A stretch of DNA of 63,892 bases, the filler included, from an uncultured Acidimicrobiia bacterium (GTDB lineage: Bacteria > Actinomycetota > Acidimicrobiia > Spongiisociales > JAOTWH01): assembly GCA_964347285.1 (NCBI GenBank). It is 4 parts of 4 records of this genome, joined end to end, with 100 filler letters (N's around TTAATTAATTAA, not from the genome) between each part and the next. Parts side by side here need not be neighbours in the genome. Positions count along the whole stretch, not along the records: positions 19,726 to 38,204 come from CAYFYE010000049.1; positions 38,305 to 56,737 come from CAYFYE010000050.1; 2 more parts are not named here. One strand, written 5' to 3'. Positions 28,671 through 38,514 of the stretch are shown here, in pieces. The translations under genes and the position numbers were made by a program. How positions within the stretch are numbered: position 1 is the first letter of the stretch; the number at the start of each line of letters is the position of its first letter. The notes under the pieces were generated by a model that saw only the letters and a program-made list of their open reading frames with translations, had not been told where the DNA came from and made no database searches.

Positions 28671-29537
28671 TCAAGCGTCCCAGAACCGGGCCAGCGCCCT
28701 GTGAACCTTTCGAGATTTCCAGTACCGGGTGTGCGCTTTGGGCGGCCAGTCACTGATGTCTGGATAGAGGTCGCGGATCCGATCGCCGCCTCCGTAGATG
28801 CCGGACACCGGATAAGAAACGATGTCGTGGCGATCCCACACGTTCAGCCACAGGGGTAGGGCCCCCGAATGGGCCTGGACTCCGAGCCCGATGTCGGTGG
28901 GATCGAGCCAGGGCGCCGGTTGGTGGGCCAACCGCTGTACGAATCCCGGCATGCGCACCAATAGTGGACCGAGCGGCGAGCCCATCGTCACCAGCCGCCG
29001 GAGTCGCCAGTTGGCCTCGGCCAGAGACCAATCCTCGGCGGAGCCGCACACCGCGGTGCGCTCCTGGTCCCGTCTCCCGCTGAACAGGTAGAAGAGGAAA
29101 TCGTGGGCGAGCAGGGATCCCAGGCTGAAGCTGACGATGGTCAGGTCCACCGATTCTTCGACCGGCACCCGCTCCAAGATCTGGGTCCAGGCGTCGTGGC
29201 GGGCTGCGTACTCCCCTTCCGGGGATGCGTAGTAGACGATGTCGGCCCAACCGAACTGCACCAATTCCCTCAAGGGCCTCACCAGCAACCGAGTCAAGCG
29301 GTCGCCGGTGGGCGCCTGGGCGAGGGCCAGGCTCAACCGTTCCTGGGCCAGAGCCAGATCACCGGTCTCGACCGCCTCGGGCGTCGGCCACCCCCACTCG
29401 ACGAGAACGCTGTCCTCAAGGGGCGGCAAGGGCACGCCCGCCTTCACCAGACCCTTGCGGATCCTGGCGTAGTCACGCTGGTGGGGCCCGGTGGTGCGTC
29501 CCACCACCCCGTGTATGTAGATGACGACGTCGGCCAT
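28671..29537 (-). CDS. Uncharacterised alpha/beta-hydrolase-like protein
   Basis: IYIHG, IVSFSLGS elbow, LVTMGSPL, WDRHDIVS, AHTRYW. Confidence 0.7.
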   Translation of the reverse strand: MADVVIYIHGVVGRTTGPHQRDYARIRKGLVKAGVPLPPLEDSVLVEWGWPTPEAVETGDLALAQERLSLALAQAPTGDRLTRLLVRPLRELVQFGWADIVYYASPEGEYAARHDAWTQILERVPVEESVDLTIVSFSLGSLLAHDFLFYLFSGRRDQERTAVCGSAEDWSLAEANWRLRRLVTMGSPLGPLLVRMPGFVQRLAHQPAPWLDPTDIGLGVQAHSGALPLWLNVWDRHDIVSYPVSGIYGGGDRIRDLYPDISDWPPKAHTRYWKSRKVHRALARFWDA

Positions 29538-29600
29538 TGCCGTGCCAGTTCTAGTCCCTCGTGTCCTCCTCCGGGCCGATTGGGCGGATAGGCTGATCTG

Positions 29601-30275
29601 ATGGAACTCGATCTGGCCGACTGGGTGATCCGCTTGATCCTCGCCGCCGCCCTCTCCGGACTGATCGGCTTCGAGAGGGAGGCTCACCAAAAGGCTGCCG
29701 GGCTGCGTACTCACATGCTGGTCGGGCTCGGGGCGGCCCTGTTTGCCCTGCTGTCCATCGACGGATTCGGCGCCGAGGATCGCTCGCGCATCGCCGCCCA
29801 GGTAGTCACCGGGGTAGGGTTCCTCGGAGCCGGAGCCATCTTCCGCCAGGGCGCCTCGGTGAGAGGTCTGACCACCGCCGCCGGCCTGTGGGCCGTGGCC
29901 GCAATCGGCCTGGCCGCCGGGGCCGGGGAACTGATGGCCGCCGTTTCCGCCACGGTCATCGGCCTGGTCGTGCTGTACGGACTGGCACTCATCGAGCGCT
30001 ACATCCAGAACCGGCTGATCCGGGAGTGCGTCCCGTTTGCCGTCACGATGCGGCGAGGAGCCAACGTGGCCGGCATCGTCGACATTGCCGGCCGTCTCGA
30101 CCAGGCTGCTTCGGACGTCCGGTTCAAGGTGCTGGACGAGAACACCGTCGAGCTGGACTTTCTCCTCCATCCGGAGAACGTCGAGGGCATGGCGGCCCTG
30201 TCGCTATCGGTGGAGGGGGTGCTCGCCGCCGAGCAGGTCGATCCGAAAAGGGCCCGGTCCGGGGGTCGTATCTGA
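29601..30275 (+). CDS. mgtC: MgtC/SapB family protein
   Basis: IGFERE, AGLRTH, RIAAQVVTGVGFLGAG, GLTTAA. Confidence 0.92.
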   Translation: MELDLADWVIRLILAAALSGLIGFEREAHQKAAGLRTHMLVGLGAALFALLSIDGFGAEDRSRIAAQVVTGVGFLGAGAIFRQGASVRGLTTAAGLWAVAAIGLAAGAGELMAAVSATVIGLVVLYGLALIERYIQNRLIRECVPFAVTMRRGANVAGIVDIAGRLDQAASDVRFKVLDENTVELDFLLHPENVEGMAALSLSVEGVLAAEQVDPKRARSGGRI

Positions 30276-30359
30276 GGCGCGGCTCATGCTTTGCCCCCCA
30301 CCCCCTTCCCGGGGCCGTTTGGGCAACGTAGGCTCGAGCCGAACCATAAGGAGAGGGAG

Positions 30360-31049
30360 ATGACCGACACCTTCCGCGGCTTCCCGGCCGAAGGCTTGGA
30401 TTTTCTCGAGGGCCTCGCCGCCGACAACACCCGGATCTACTTCGAGGAGCACCGTCCCGTCTACGAAGAGGCGCTGCTCGAGCCGGCCAAGACCTTCGTA
30501 GACGCCCTGGGCGGACAGCTGCACCGGCGAATCTCCAAACACCTCGTCGCCGATCCTCGGGTCAACGGCTCGATCATGCGGATCAATCGCGATACCAGGT
30601 TCTCCAAGGACAAGACCCCCTACAAGACCCACCTGGCATTCACCTTCTGGGAGGGAGGCGACCGCATGCGGGCACCGGGCTTCTGGATGGGCCTTCATCC
30701 CGATCGCATCGGCTTCGGGGCGGGAATGCATGGACTCGAGAAGGAGAGCCTGGAGCGGTACCGGGCCGCCGTCGACGATTCACGGTCGGGCGCGGCCCTG
30801 GCAAGGGCCGTGACCCTGATCACCAAGGGACGAAGATCGGGGATCAGCGAGCCCAAGTACCGCAGCCTTCCCAAGGGCTACCCCACAGACCATCCCCGGG
30901 CAGAGCTGCTGCGCCATGCCGGGTTCCACGTCTGGTCGGAGCACGACGTCCCCAAGGTGTACGAGACCCCTCGCTTCGTGGGCTGGTGTGCCGACCGGCT
31001 CGAGAGGCTGGCGCCGGTCCACACGTGGTTTGTGAAGCATCTGACCTGA
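30360..31049 (+). CDS. DUF2461 family protein
   Basis: MRINRDTRFSKDKTPYK; PKGY..DHPRAELLR. Confidence 0.9.
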   Translation: MTDTFRGFPAEGLDFLEGLAADNTRIYFEEHRPVYEEALLEPAKTFVDALGGQLHRRISKHLVADPRVNGSIMRINRDTRFSKDKTPYKTHLAFTFWEGGDRMRAPGFWMGLHPDRIGFGAGMHGLEKESLERYRAAVDDSRSGAALARAVTLITKGRRSGISEPKYRSLPKGYPTDHPRAELLRHAGFHVWSEHDVPKVYETPRFVGWCADRLERLAPVHTWFVKHLT

Positions 31050-31062
31050 GCCGGCGTGGGGC

Positions 31063-32358
31063 TCAGCCCAGTTCGACCTGCTCCAGACGCTCGAAGATGA
31101 CCCCGACGTTGTCCACGGCCCGATGGGGATCGAAGGCGGCCTCGATCACCTTGGGATCGAGCGGGATGTCGGAGTCGGCTTCCAGCGCATCGCCCAGGTG
31201 CATGCCTTCATCGAGAGCCTGGAGTGCATTGCGCTGCACGAGCCGATAAGCCTGATCACGCGAGAGACCTTCTTCGACGAGGGCCAGCAGCACGGCTTCG
31301 CTGAACACCAAGCCCCTCGTGGCGGCCAGGTTGGCCAGCATGCGCTCCGAATCGACGATGAGCTCTCCGACGATCGCGGCCATGCGGGTCAGGGCGAAAT
31401 CGAGCACGTACGAGGCATCGGGCAGCGCCACCCGCTCCACGGAGGAGTGACTGATGTCACGCTCGCCCCAGAGCGCCACGTCCTCGAACCCCGCCAGCGC
31501 ATAGCCCCGGAGCAGCCGGGCCAGGCCGGTGACGTTCTCGGACAGAATGGGGTTGCGCTTGTGCGGCATGGCCGACGACCCTTTTTGCCGCTCGGCGAAC
31601 GCCTCGCGGACCTCGGCCGCCTCCGAGCGCTGCAGGTGGCGGATCTCAGTGGCAAAGCGCTCGAGCGAGGCTCCGATCAGAGCCAGCGTTGCCAGGTATT
31701 CGGCATGACGGTCCCGGCTCACGACCTGGGTGGATGCCGGATCGGCGGCCAGTCCCAGAGCGGCGCAGACGCGCTCTTCGACGGACGGAGGCACGTTGGC
31801 ATAGGTTCCCACCGCTCCGCTGATCTTGCCGACCGCCACCGTGGCGCGGGCCCGGTTGAGGCGCTCGTGAGCCCGGGCGATCTCGAACGCCCAGCCCGCC
31901 AGCTTCACCCCGAACGTCGTCGGCTCGGCCCACACGCCGTGGGTCCGGCCCACCATGACCGTATTCCGGTGCTCGATGGCCCGCCGCTTGAGCGTCTCGA
32001 ACAGAGTGCTCGCTTTGCCCATCAGCAGATCGGTGGCGTCGCGCAGCTGGACGGCCAATGCGGTATCCATGACGTCGCTGGAGGTGAGGCCGTAGTGGGC
32101 CCACCGGCCTTGAGAACCGGCGGCCTCGGCCAGCACGTCAACGAAGGCGGCCAGTTCGTGACCGGTCTCCTGCTCCCGGGCCCGCCAGGTGTCCACGTCC
32201 ACGGATGCCCTCCGCACCGCGGTGGCCGCCTCGATAGGAGCGATTTCCAGCTCGGCCCAGGCCTCGAGGACCAGGGCCTCGATCTCGTGCCAGAGGGTCA
32301 GCTTGCGCTCCTCGCTCCATACAGCGGCCATCTTCGGCAGGGCATAGCGAGGGATCAC
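31063..32358 (-). CDS. purB: Adenylosuccinate lyase (GTG start 32358)
   Basis: MIPRY, HYGLTSSD, GRTHG, GSSAMPHKRNP, ERDISHSSVER. Confidence 0.97.
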   Translation of the reverse strand: MIPRYALPKMAAVWSEERKLTLWHEIEALVLEAWAELEIAPIEAATAVRRASVDVDTWRAREQETGHELAAFVDVLAEAAGSQGRWAHYGLTSSDVMDTALAVQLRDATDLLMGKASTLFETLKRRAIEHRNTVMVGRTHGVWAEPTTFGVKLAGWAFEIARAHERLNRARATVAVGKISGAVGTYANVPPSVEERVCAALGLAADPASTQVVSRDRHAEYLATLALIGASLERFATEIRHLQRSEAAEVREAFAERQKGSSAMPHKRNPILSENVTGLARLLRGYALAGFEDVALWGERDISHSSVERVALPDASYVLDFALTRMAAIVGELIVDSERMLANLAATRGLVFSEAVLLALVEEGLSRDQAYRLVQRNALQALDEGMHLGDALEADSDIPLDPKVIEAAFDPHRAVDNVGVIFERLEQVELG

Positions 32359-33629
32359 GTGCGCACCAGCGTGGCATCCCGCTCGGCCCCGACTGACACC
32401 ATCGTCACCGGCACGCCGGCGCGCTGCTCGACCTGCTCCACGTACTGCTGCGCCTGCTTGGGCAGATCCTCGAAGCTGCGTACCGTCGAGAGGTCTTGCT
32501 CCCATCCGGGGAGCTCCTCATAGACGGGCTGACAGTTGTAGAGCACCCTCTGCTGTCTGGGGAAGTCGTCGTAGCGCTCTCCCAGCGAGTCGTAGGCGAC
32601 GGCCACCCTGAGGACGGGGAACTCGGAGAGAACGTCGAGCTTGGTGAGGGCGATCTCGGTGAGGCCGTTCACTCGCACCGCATATTGCAGCGCCACCGCA
32701 TCGAGCCAGCCGCATCTGCGGCGGCGGCCGGTGACCGTCCCGAACTCGCCGCCGACGGTCACCATCCTGTCGCCGACCTCATCGGACAGCTCGGTCGGGA
32801 ACGGACCGCTGCCCACCCGCGAGATGTACGCCTTGGTTACTCCGATGACTCGATCGATGTCGCCCGGCCCGATTCCGGTACCGATCAGCCCTCCTCCGGA
32901 TGTGGGGTTGGACGATGTGACGAACGGATAGGTGCCGTGATCGATATCGAGCAGCGGCCCCTGGGCCCCCTCGAAAAGGACATTCTGGCCCTCCCGAACG
33001 GCCCGCCAGATCAGCAGTGAAGTGTCGGTGACGTGATCGAGGAGGCGATCGGCGTAGCCGAGATACTCCTCAACGATGGGCTCGGCCTCCATCGGAAGCT
33101 GGTTGTACACCTTGGTCAGGACCTTGTTCTTCTCTTTGAGGGCGGCGTCGAGCTTGTTGCGAAAGATCTTGGGATCGAACAAGTCCTGGACCCGGATTCC
33201 CTGACGACCGACCTTGTCGGCGTAGGCGGGACCGATGCCCTTGCGAGTAGTGCCGATTTGTTGTCGACCCAGGTACCGCTCCATCACCGAGTCCAGCCTG
33301 CGGTGGTAGGGCATGATCAGGTGGGCGTTGGCCGACACTCGCAGCCGCGAGGCATCCACGCCTCGCTCCGCCAAGGAATCCATCTCGGCGAGCAGTACCC
33401 CCGGGTCGACGACGCATCCATTCCCGATCACGGGAGTCACCTGCGGATAGAGCACTCCGCTGGGAATCAGCGTGAGCGCGAAGTGATCGCGGCCGACCAC
33501 CACGGTGTGCCCGGCGTTGTTTCCGCCCTGGTAGCGAACGACGACGTCGGCCCTTTCGGAGAGGAGGTCGGTGATCTTGCCCTTGCCCTCGTCTCCCCAC
33601 TGGGCGCCGACGATGATGTCTGCCGGCAT
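32355..33629 (-). CDS. purA: Adenylosuccinate synthetase (ATG 33629)
   Basis: GAQWGDEGKGK, GGNNAGHT, FEGAQG, GTVTGRRRRCGWLD. Confidence 0.98.
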   Translation of the reverse strand: MPADIIVGAQWGDEGKGKITDLLSERADVVVRYQGGNNAGHTVVVGRDHFALTLIPSGVLYPQVTPVIGNGCVVDPGVLLAEMDSLAERGVDASRLRVSANAHLIMPYHRRLDSVMERYLGRQQIGTTRKGIGPAYADKVGRQGIRVQDLFDPKIFRNKLDAALKEKNKVLTKVYNQLPMEAEPIVEEYLGYADRLLDHVTDTSLLIWRAVREGQNVLFEGAQGPLLDIDHGTYPFVTSSNPTSGGGLIGTGIGPGDIDRVIGVTKAYISRVGSGPFPTELSDEVGDRMVTVGGEFGTVTGRRRRCGWLDAVALQYAVRVNGLTEIALTKLDVLSEFPVLRVAVAYDSLGERYDDFPRQQRVLYNCQPVYEELPGWEQDLSTVRSFEDLPKQAQQYVEQVEQRAGVPVTMVSVGAERDATLVRT

Positions 33630-33706
33630 CGGATGACCTCCCGGCCGATGGTAGTTGGCGGCCCGCCGTCGATTCGGTCCGGCTCGGTAGACTCGGCCCA
33701 CATCCC

Positions 33707-34318
33707 ATGCCACGGATTCGTGCCGAAAGCATCACCGCTCACAAGACCCTGACCAGGCGCCAGGTGCTCGACGCAGCCGCCGAATTGTTCCTGGAGCAGG
33801 GCTACGGAGCCACCTCGCTGGCCGATATCGCCGCCGAAGTCGGAATCGGACGCACGACGCTGTACGAGTATTTCCCGGACAAGGAAGCCGTGCTGATCAC
33901 CTTGGTGGAGGAGACGCTCCCGGCCGTCGTCGACGGCATCGTCGACGGACTCCCCGAGGGCTTGACCGCCCGGGAACGGCTCGGCGAGCTCCTGTTGCGA
34001 CACCTCGAGTTCGTGTCCAACCAGGACAACCTCGGGACCCTGCTGATGCGGGAAGGCGCCAGTCTGTCGCCCCGCGCCCAGGCGGCCATCGCCGCCGTCC
34101 ATCGCCGGCTCACCGAAGCCATTCGCCAGACCTGCGTCCGGGGCGCCGACACCGGTGAGTTCCGCGATGTCTCCCCGGATGCCACCGCCGAGTTGGTCAA
34201 CGCCCTGGTGATGGCGGCCGCCCGCCAGCTCTTGCGCAGCCCGGAGCCCAAAGCCGACTTCCACACGGTCGGCGACACCATGCTGGGGCTCCTGTTCGAC
34301 GGGCTCGTTGCCGACTGA
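33707..34318 (+). CDS. TetR/AcrR family regulator
   Basis: GYGATSLADIAAEVGIGRTTLYEYFPDKE. Confidence 0.93.
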   Translation: MPRIRAESITAHKTLTRRQVLDAAAELFLEQGYGATSLADIAAEVGIGRTTLYEYFPDKEAVLITLVEETLPAVVDGIVDGLPEGLTARERLGELLLRHLEFVSNQDNLGTLLMREGASLSPRAQAAIAAVHRRLTEAIRQTCVRGADTGEFRDVSPDATAELVNALVMAAARQLLRSPEPKADFHTVGDTMLGLLFDGLVAD

Positions 34319-34328
34319 CCGAAGCGCC

Positions 34329-34970
34329 TCACACGGAGCGCACTTCGAACCCGGAGTCGATGATCAGGTCGGCCCGCCCCTTGTGGCCCGAGATGATCCG
34401 GTGCTCGATCTCGAGGACCTCCTCCAGGAAAGTGTCCTGCTCCTCTCGGGCCCGCTCCAGTCGCGCCCTCTTGGTCTGGTGAAAGGTGAGGTCGATGAAG
34501 ACACGGACGTGGGCGTGGTCGAGCGCCGTTGTGTACGTGCCCTCGGCGATGACGACGCGCACCCCGTCCAGCGAGACGGTTTCCTCGACGATCCGATCGT
34601 CGTCGTAGATCACCAGGGGCTTGGAGATCTCCTCGGCCCCCGAGAGCGCCGCCTCCAGGTGAGCGTCCAGGAGATCCAATCGGACCTCGCCCGGCCCAAC
34701 CCAGCCGATGTCTTCCATTCGGGCTCGATGGTTGCTCTTCGGCGGCAGGATGAAGTAGTCGTCCTGCTGAAGGACGACGGTGCTGATGCCATCCTCGGTC
34801 AACCGATCCGACAGCGCCTGGGCTGTCTCGGATTTCCCGCTGCCCGACTCGCCGGCCACGGTCAACGTCAAGACCCCGGAGCCGTCGGCGATCCTCGGTT
34901 CGATCAGCCGGACGATCTGCGCTGCGGCTCGCCGGTGCTTGGGCTCGATGACGAGTTTGTCTCCGATCAT
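34329..34970 (-). CDS. Uridine-kinase/PRK-like P-loop kinase of unknown substrate
   Basis: VAGESGSGKSET, QQDDYF, VIAEGTY; ATGA-coupled to upstream GT4. Confidence 0.75.
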   Translation of the reverse strand: MIGDKLVIEPKHRRAAAQIVRLIEPRIADGSGVLTLTVAGESGSGKSETAQALSDRLTEDGISTVVLQQDDYFILPPKSNHRARMEDIGWVGPGEVRLDLLDAHLEAALSGAEEISKPLVIYDDDRIVEETVSLDGVRVVIAEGTYTTALDHAHVRVFIDLTFHQTKRARLERAREEQDTFLEEVLEIEHRIISGHKGRADLIIDSGFEVRSV

Positions 34971-36487
34971 GCCTCACCTCGCCGGCCGTTCCCGGCACCG
35001 GCCCCGTCGCCAAAATAGAGCTTCTCCAGCCATTCCACACCGCCCTCACCGTTCGGAGGCCGGAGGCCCACCTCCGGTGGGCCGACGTCATGGGCGAGCT
35101 CCTCGAACACGCCCATATAGCCTGCCGCGGTTCGTGTCCAGGTGTAACGGTCTGTTATTCGGCGACTTCCGGCGCCCTGCATGGCCCGCCACAGGTCGTC
35201 ATCGCCGGCCAGCCGGGTGAGCGCGGCGGCGACCGAATCCGGGTCATCCGGATCCACCAGGAGCCCGTATTGCCCCTCTTCGTCCCTGAGGCTCTCGCTG
35301 GGTCCGCCGTTTTGGGTCACCACCGCCGGAAGCCCGGACGCCATGGCCTCGAGAGGGCCGAGGCCGAACGGCTCGAAGGTGGCAGTGAGGGCAAAGATGC
35401 CGCGCCGGTGGCGGGCCAGGTGGCGGTAGCAGGCGGCCAGTTCGTCCTGACCGGTGAGCTCGAACGCCGTGACGCAGCCGCTCAGATCCGCCGAGTCCAT
35501 GAGCTCGACGATGTCGCGAAGGATGGCCTGCTCCTCGCCCTGGAAGTCCTCTCTCCAGCGTCGCAGTGGGTCCGATGACCCCCGCACCACGATGGCCAGG
35601 TTGGCCGACCGGCGCAGCTCGTCGCTGACCACCCAGGCTCCCACCAGTCCCAGGTGATTCTTCTTCCGGTCGAGACGGCTCGAGCAGACGACCAGGGGCA
35701 GGACGTGGCGGTCGGCCGGTACGTCCCGTTCCAGCGCCGCTTCCACCCGGGCAGCCACCTCCCCCTCCACCGGACTCTCCCGGTCGGCCGCAAAGACCTC
35801 GAGGTTGACTCCGGGCGGGACCACCGCGAATTTGCGATCGTCGCGGGGGTCCACGGCTCCCCGGTAGAGACGGTGCCCGTACTGGTGGAATCGCTCCTGG
35901 CGGGTGCTGACGATGATGCGGCTCGCCCCCTCCACTGCGATGCGCTCCGCGGCGAGCCGGCGGTCGAATTGGTAGCGGCGGACGACCTCCGGGAAGTCCT
36001 CTCGTCCCTCGATCAGCTTGTCCATCTTCTGGGCGCCGAGGCTGTGTCCGGTGAACGTATAAGGTATGCCCCGGCGCGCCCCGATGAGGGCAGCCGCCAA
36101 CCCTCCATCGGCGTAGTGCCCGGTGATGACCTCAGGGAAATCTGCGGTCCGGTCGTAGTACTCGAGGATCCGGTCCACCCACTCCTCGAGGTGGGGCCAG
36201 AGCTGCTCCTTGGGGAGGAAGCCCGGCGGCCCGCAAGGGAAGCGGAGGATCCGCACCCGGGGCTGCTCGGGGTAACCGTCGGTGTCCCCGGCAAACGCCG
36301 CCCAGGCGGGATCGACGATCAAGCGGGTCAGGATGTCGACCCGGTAACCGGCCCCGCCCAGGGCCAACGCGGTCTCCTTGACGTACACCAACTGTCCGCC
36401 GAAGTCCGGATGCTCGGTCCACCCGGTGTCGGATGGGTCGAAGTTCCCTTGGGGATTCAAGAACGCTATGTGCACAAGAAGGCTCAC
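34967..36487 (-). CDS. Sucrose-phosphate-synthase-like GT4 glycosyltransferase (GT domain only; start may be GTG 36475)
   Basis: AFLNPQGNFD, EHPDFGGQLVYVKE, FLPKEQLWP, TGHSLGAQK, SRLDRKKN, EPFGL. Confidence 0.85.
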   Translation of the reverse strand: MSLLVHIAFLNPQGNFDPSDTGWTEHPDFGGQLVYVKETALALGGAGYRVDILTRLIVDPAWAAFAGDTDGYPEQPRVRILRFPCGPPGFLPKEQLWPHLEEWVDRILEYYDRTADFPEVITGHYADGGLAAALIGARRGIPYTFTGHSLGAQKMDKLIEGREDFPEVVRRYQFDRRLAAERIAVEGASRIIVSTRQERFHQYGHRLYRGAVDPRDDRKFAVVPPGVNLEVFAADRESPVEGEVAARVEAALERDVPADRHVLPLVVCSSRLDRKKNHLGLVGAWVVSDELRRSANLAIVVRGSSDPLRRWREDFQGEEQAILRDIVELMDSADLSGCVTAFELTGQDELAACYRHLARHRRGIFALTATFEPFGLGPLEAMASGLPAVVTQNGGPSESLRDEEGQYGLLVDPDDPDSVAAALTRLAGDDDLWRAMQGAGSRRITDRYTWTRTAAGYMGVFEELAHDVGPPEVGLRPPNGEGGVEWLEKLYFGDGAGAGNGRRGEA

Positions 36488-36641
36488 TCAGCGAGTCCAC
36501 GCCGGCCCCCTCCCGGGGCGCACCACCGGCTCCGACCGACGCTAGCGAACGGAGCCCGGACCGTCGCCCCTCAGGCTCGACGACCAGTCCCGATGAAGCC
36601 CGGCTTCGGCAAAGCCTCGACTAACCTGCCGCCGTCACCGC

Positions 36642-37181
36642 TTGAAGGTCTTCGCTTTGACTGAACAAACCTCTTTTCGCCGGGCGACGCGCCGTCCCGA
36701 GGGACGGTTGACCACCTTGGCTCACTCCACCAATCCGCCCATCCTGACCGAGGTGGTGCACTTCGACACATCGGCGCGCAACGAGTTCTGGGACCTCACC
36801 GAGCTGGCCAGGGAGACCGTCGGCCGCTCCGGGGTCCGCCACGGTCAGGTCACCGTCTCCACGCCCCACACCACCACGACCGTCGTCGTGAATGAGTCCG
36901 AGACCGGGTTCCTCAACGATTTCCGACGCACCATCGAGGAGACGGTGCCCATCGACCGCTATTACGAGCACGACGACCACGAGTTGCGTACCGAGAACCT
37001 CCAAGAAGACGAGTACATCAACGGCCCGGCTCACGTCCGCCAGCTTCTCGTCGGAACCGTCTCGGTCACGATCCCGGTGGTGGAGGGGGAGGTCCTCCTG
37101 GGGCGCTTCCAGCGGATCCTCTTTGCCGAACTCGACCAGGCCCGCGAACGCCGGGTCGTCATACACGCCCAGGGCGTCTGA
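36642..37181 (+). CDS. yjbQ: YjbQ/UPF0047 family protein
   Basis: PHTTTTVVVNE, NGPAH, LGRFQRILFAELD. Confidence 0.85.
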   Translation: MKVFALTEQTSFRRATRRPEGRLTTLAHSTNPPILTEVVHFDTSARNEFWDLTELARETVGRSGVRHGQVTVSTPHTTTTVVVNESETGFLNDFRRTIEETVPIDRYYEHDDHELRTENLQEDEYINGPAHVRQLLVGTVSVTIPVVEGEVLLGRFQRILFAELDQARERRVVIHAQGV

Positions 37182-37318
37182 AGGAAGACCTGCCGGCCTT
37201 CCTGGAGCTTCCATCCGCGTCAGGTGACCGTTTGTAATCGGCGTCTCCCGACAACTAGCTTGTCGGCAGCTTGGCGGCCCCCGGCCGCAAATCCCGGCGA
37301 ACAAATGGGAGGAATGGC

Positions 37319-38204
37319 ATGACCAAGAGACTTCTGGCCCTGTTGGCGGTGCTGGTTCTCGTGGCCGCTGCCTGTGGCGACACGGCAGAAACCACGACGA
37401 CGGCGGCCGGCGAGGAACCCACCGAAACGACGGCGGCACCTGCGCCGGAAGAGACGACCGGCGAAGTCGCCCAGGCCGAGGGAGCAATTCTCGACGCCGT
37501 GCAGGCCAGGGGCGAGCTGATCTGCGGGGTCAACAACACCGTGCCCGGCTTCGGGTTCCAGGAGCCCGACGGCAGCTTCAGCGGCTTCGACGTCGACTAC
37601 TGCCGGGCAATAGCTGCGGCCGTGCTCGGCGACGCCAGTGCCGTGCAGTTCCGTCCCACCGAGGCGGCCGATCGGGGCACCGTGCTTCAGACCGGCGAAG
37701 TGGACGTGCTGATACGCAACACGACGTTCACCCAGACCCGTGACGTCCAATGGGGCGATTACGGGCCGACGACCTTCTACGACGGCCAGGGCGTCATGGC
37801 CAAGGTATCGGACGGCTTCGATGAAACGTCCAGTGTGGAAGACTTCGCCGGAGCCCGGTTCTGCACGATCGAGGGCACCACGTCCGAGCTGAACATCCAG
37901 GTCCTCATCGAGACGGCAAATATCCAGGGTGCTTCGGTCGAAACCTTCGCCGACGCCGACGGCTACATGAATGCCCTCCAATCGGGCGCCTGCGACATCG
38001 CCACCACGGACAAGTCGCAGCTGGCCTCCCGGAAGGCGACGGCCGAGCCGGCCGACTTCTCCGAGGATCTGGTCATCCCGGCGCTGACCTTCTCCAAGGA
38101 ACCGCTGGGTCCGGTCTATCCGGCCAACGACAGCCAGTGGGCCGCCGTTGTGGATTGGGTCGTGTACTCGACGTTCATCGCCGAGGAGCGCGAGATCACG
38201 TCGG
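37319..38204 (+). CDS. General L-amino-acid ABC substrate-binding lipoprotein (AapJ/BztA-like; 3' cut by gap)
   Basis: Lipobox VAAAC; GFDVDYCRAIAAAVLGD, DVLIRNTT, FYDGQG, SKEPLGP. Confidence 0.9.
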
Positions 38205-38304
38205 NNNNNNNNNNNNNNNNNNNNNNNNNNNNNNNNNNNNNNNNNNNNTTAATTAATTAANNNNNNNNNNNNNNNNNNNNNNNNNNNNNNNNNNNNNNNN
38301 NNNN
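38205..38304. other. Artificial contig linker
   Basis: N-run, TTAATTAATTAA, N-run; 100 nt. Confidence 0.97.
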
Positions 38305-38514
38305 GAGGCGATCACCCGTGCCCACAAACCCCTTGACATCCAAACAGGATTCGTTCGGCTCCTCTGTGACCGGGCGCTATCGCTCATTGTCGGCGATCCG
38401 GACACGCGCCGACCAGAGGACACGGGGACCCCATGATCCAGTTGGCTGCCTCGTTCTCCTCCCCCAAGGCTTCAGCGGTACCCGCTGGTGCCGGATTCTC
38501 AGGTGCCGGAAGCG

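Noticed and set aside
38305..38385. Possible N-terminus of another minus-strand gene at the contig edge (MSDSARSQRSRTNPVWMSRGLWARVIA)
   Set aside because: Too short and truncated to support
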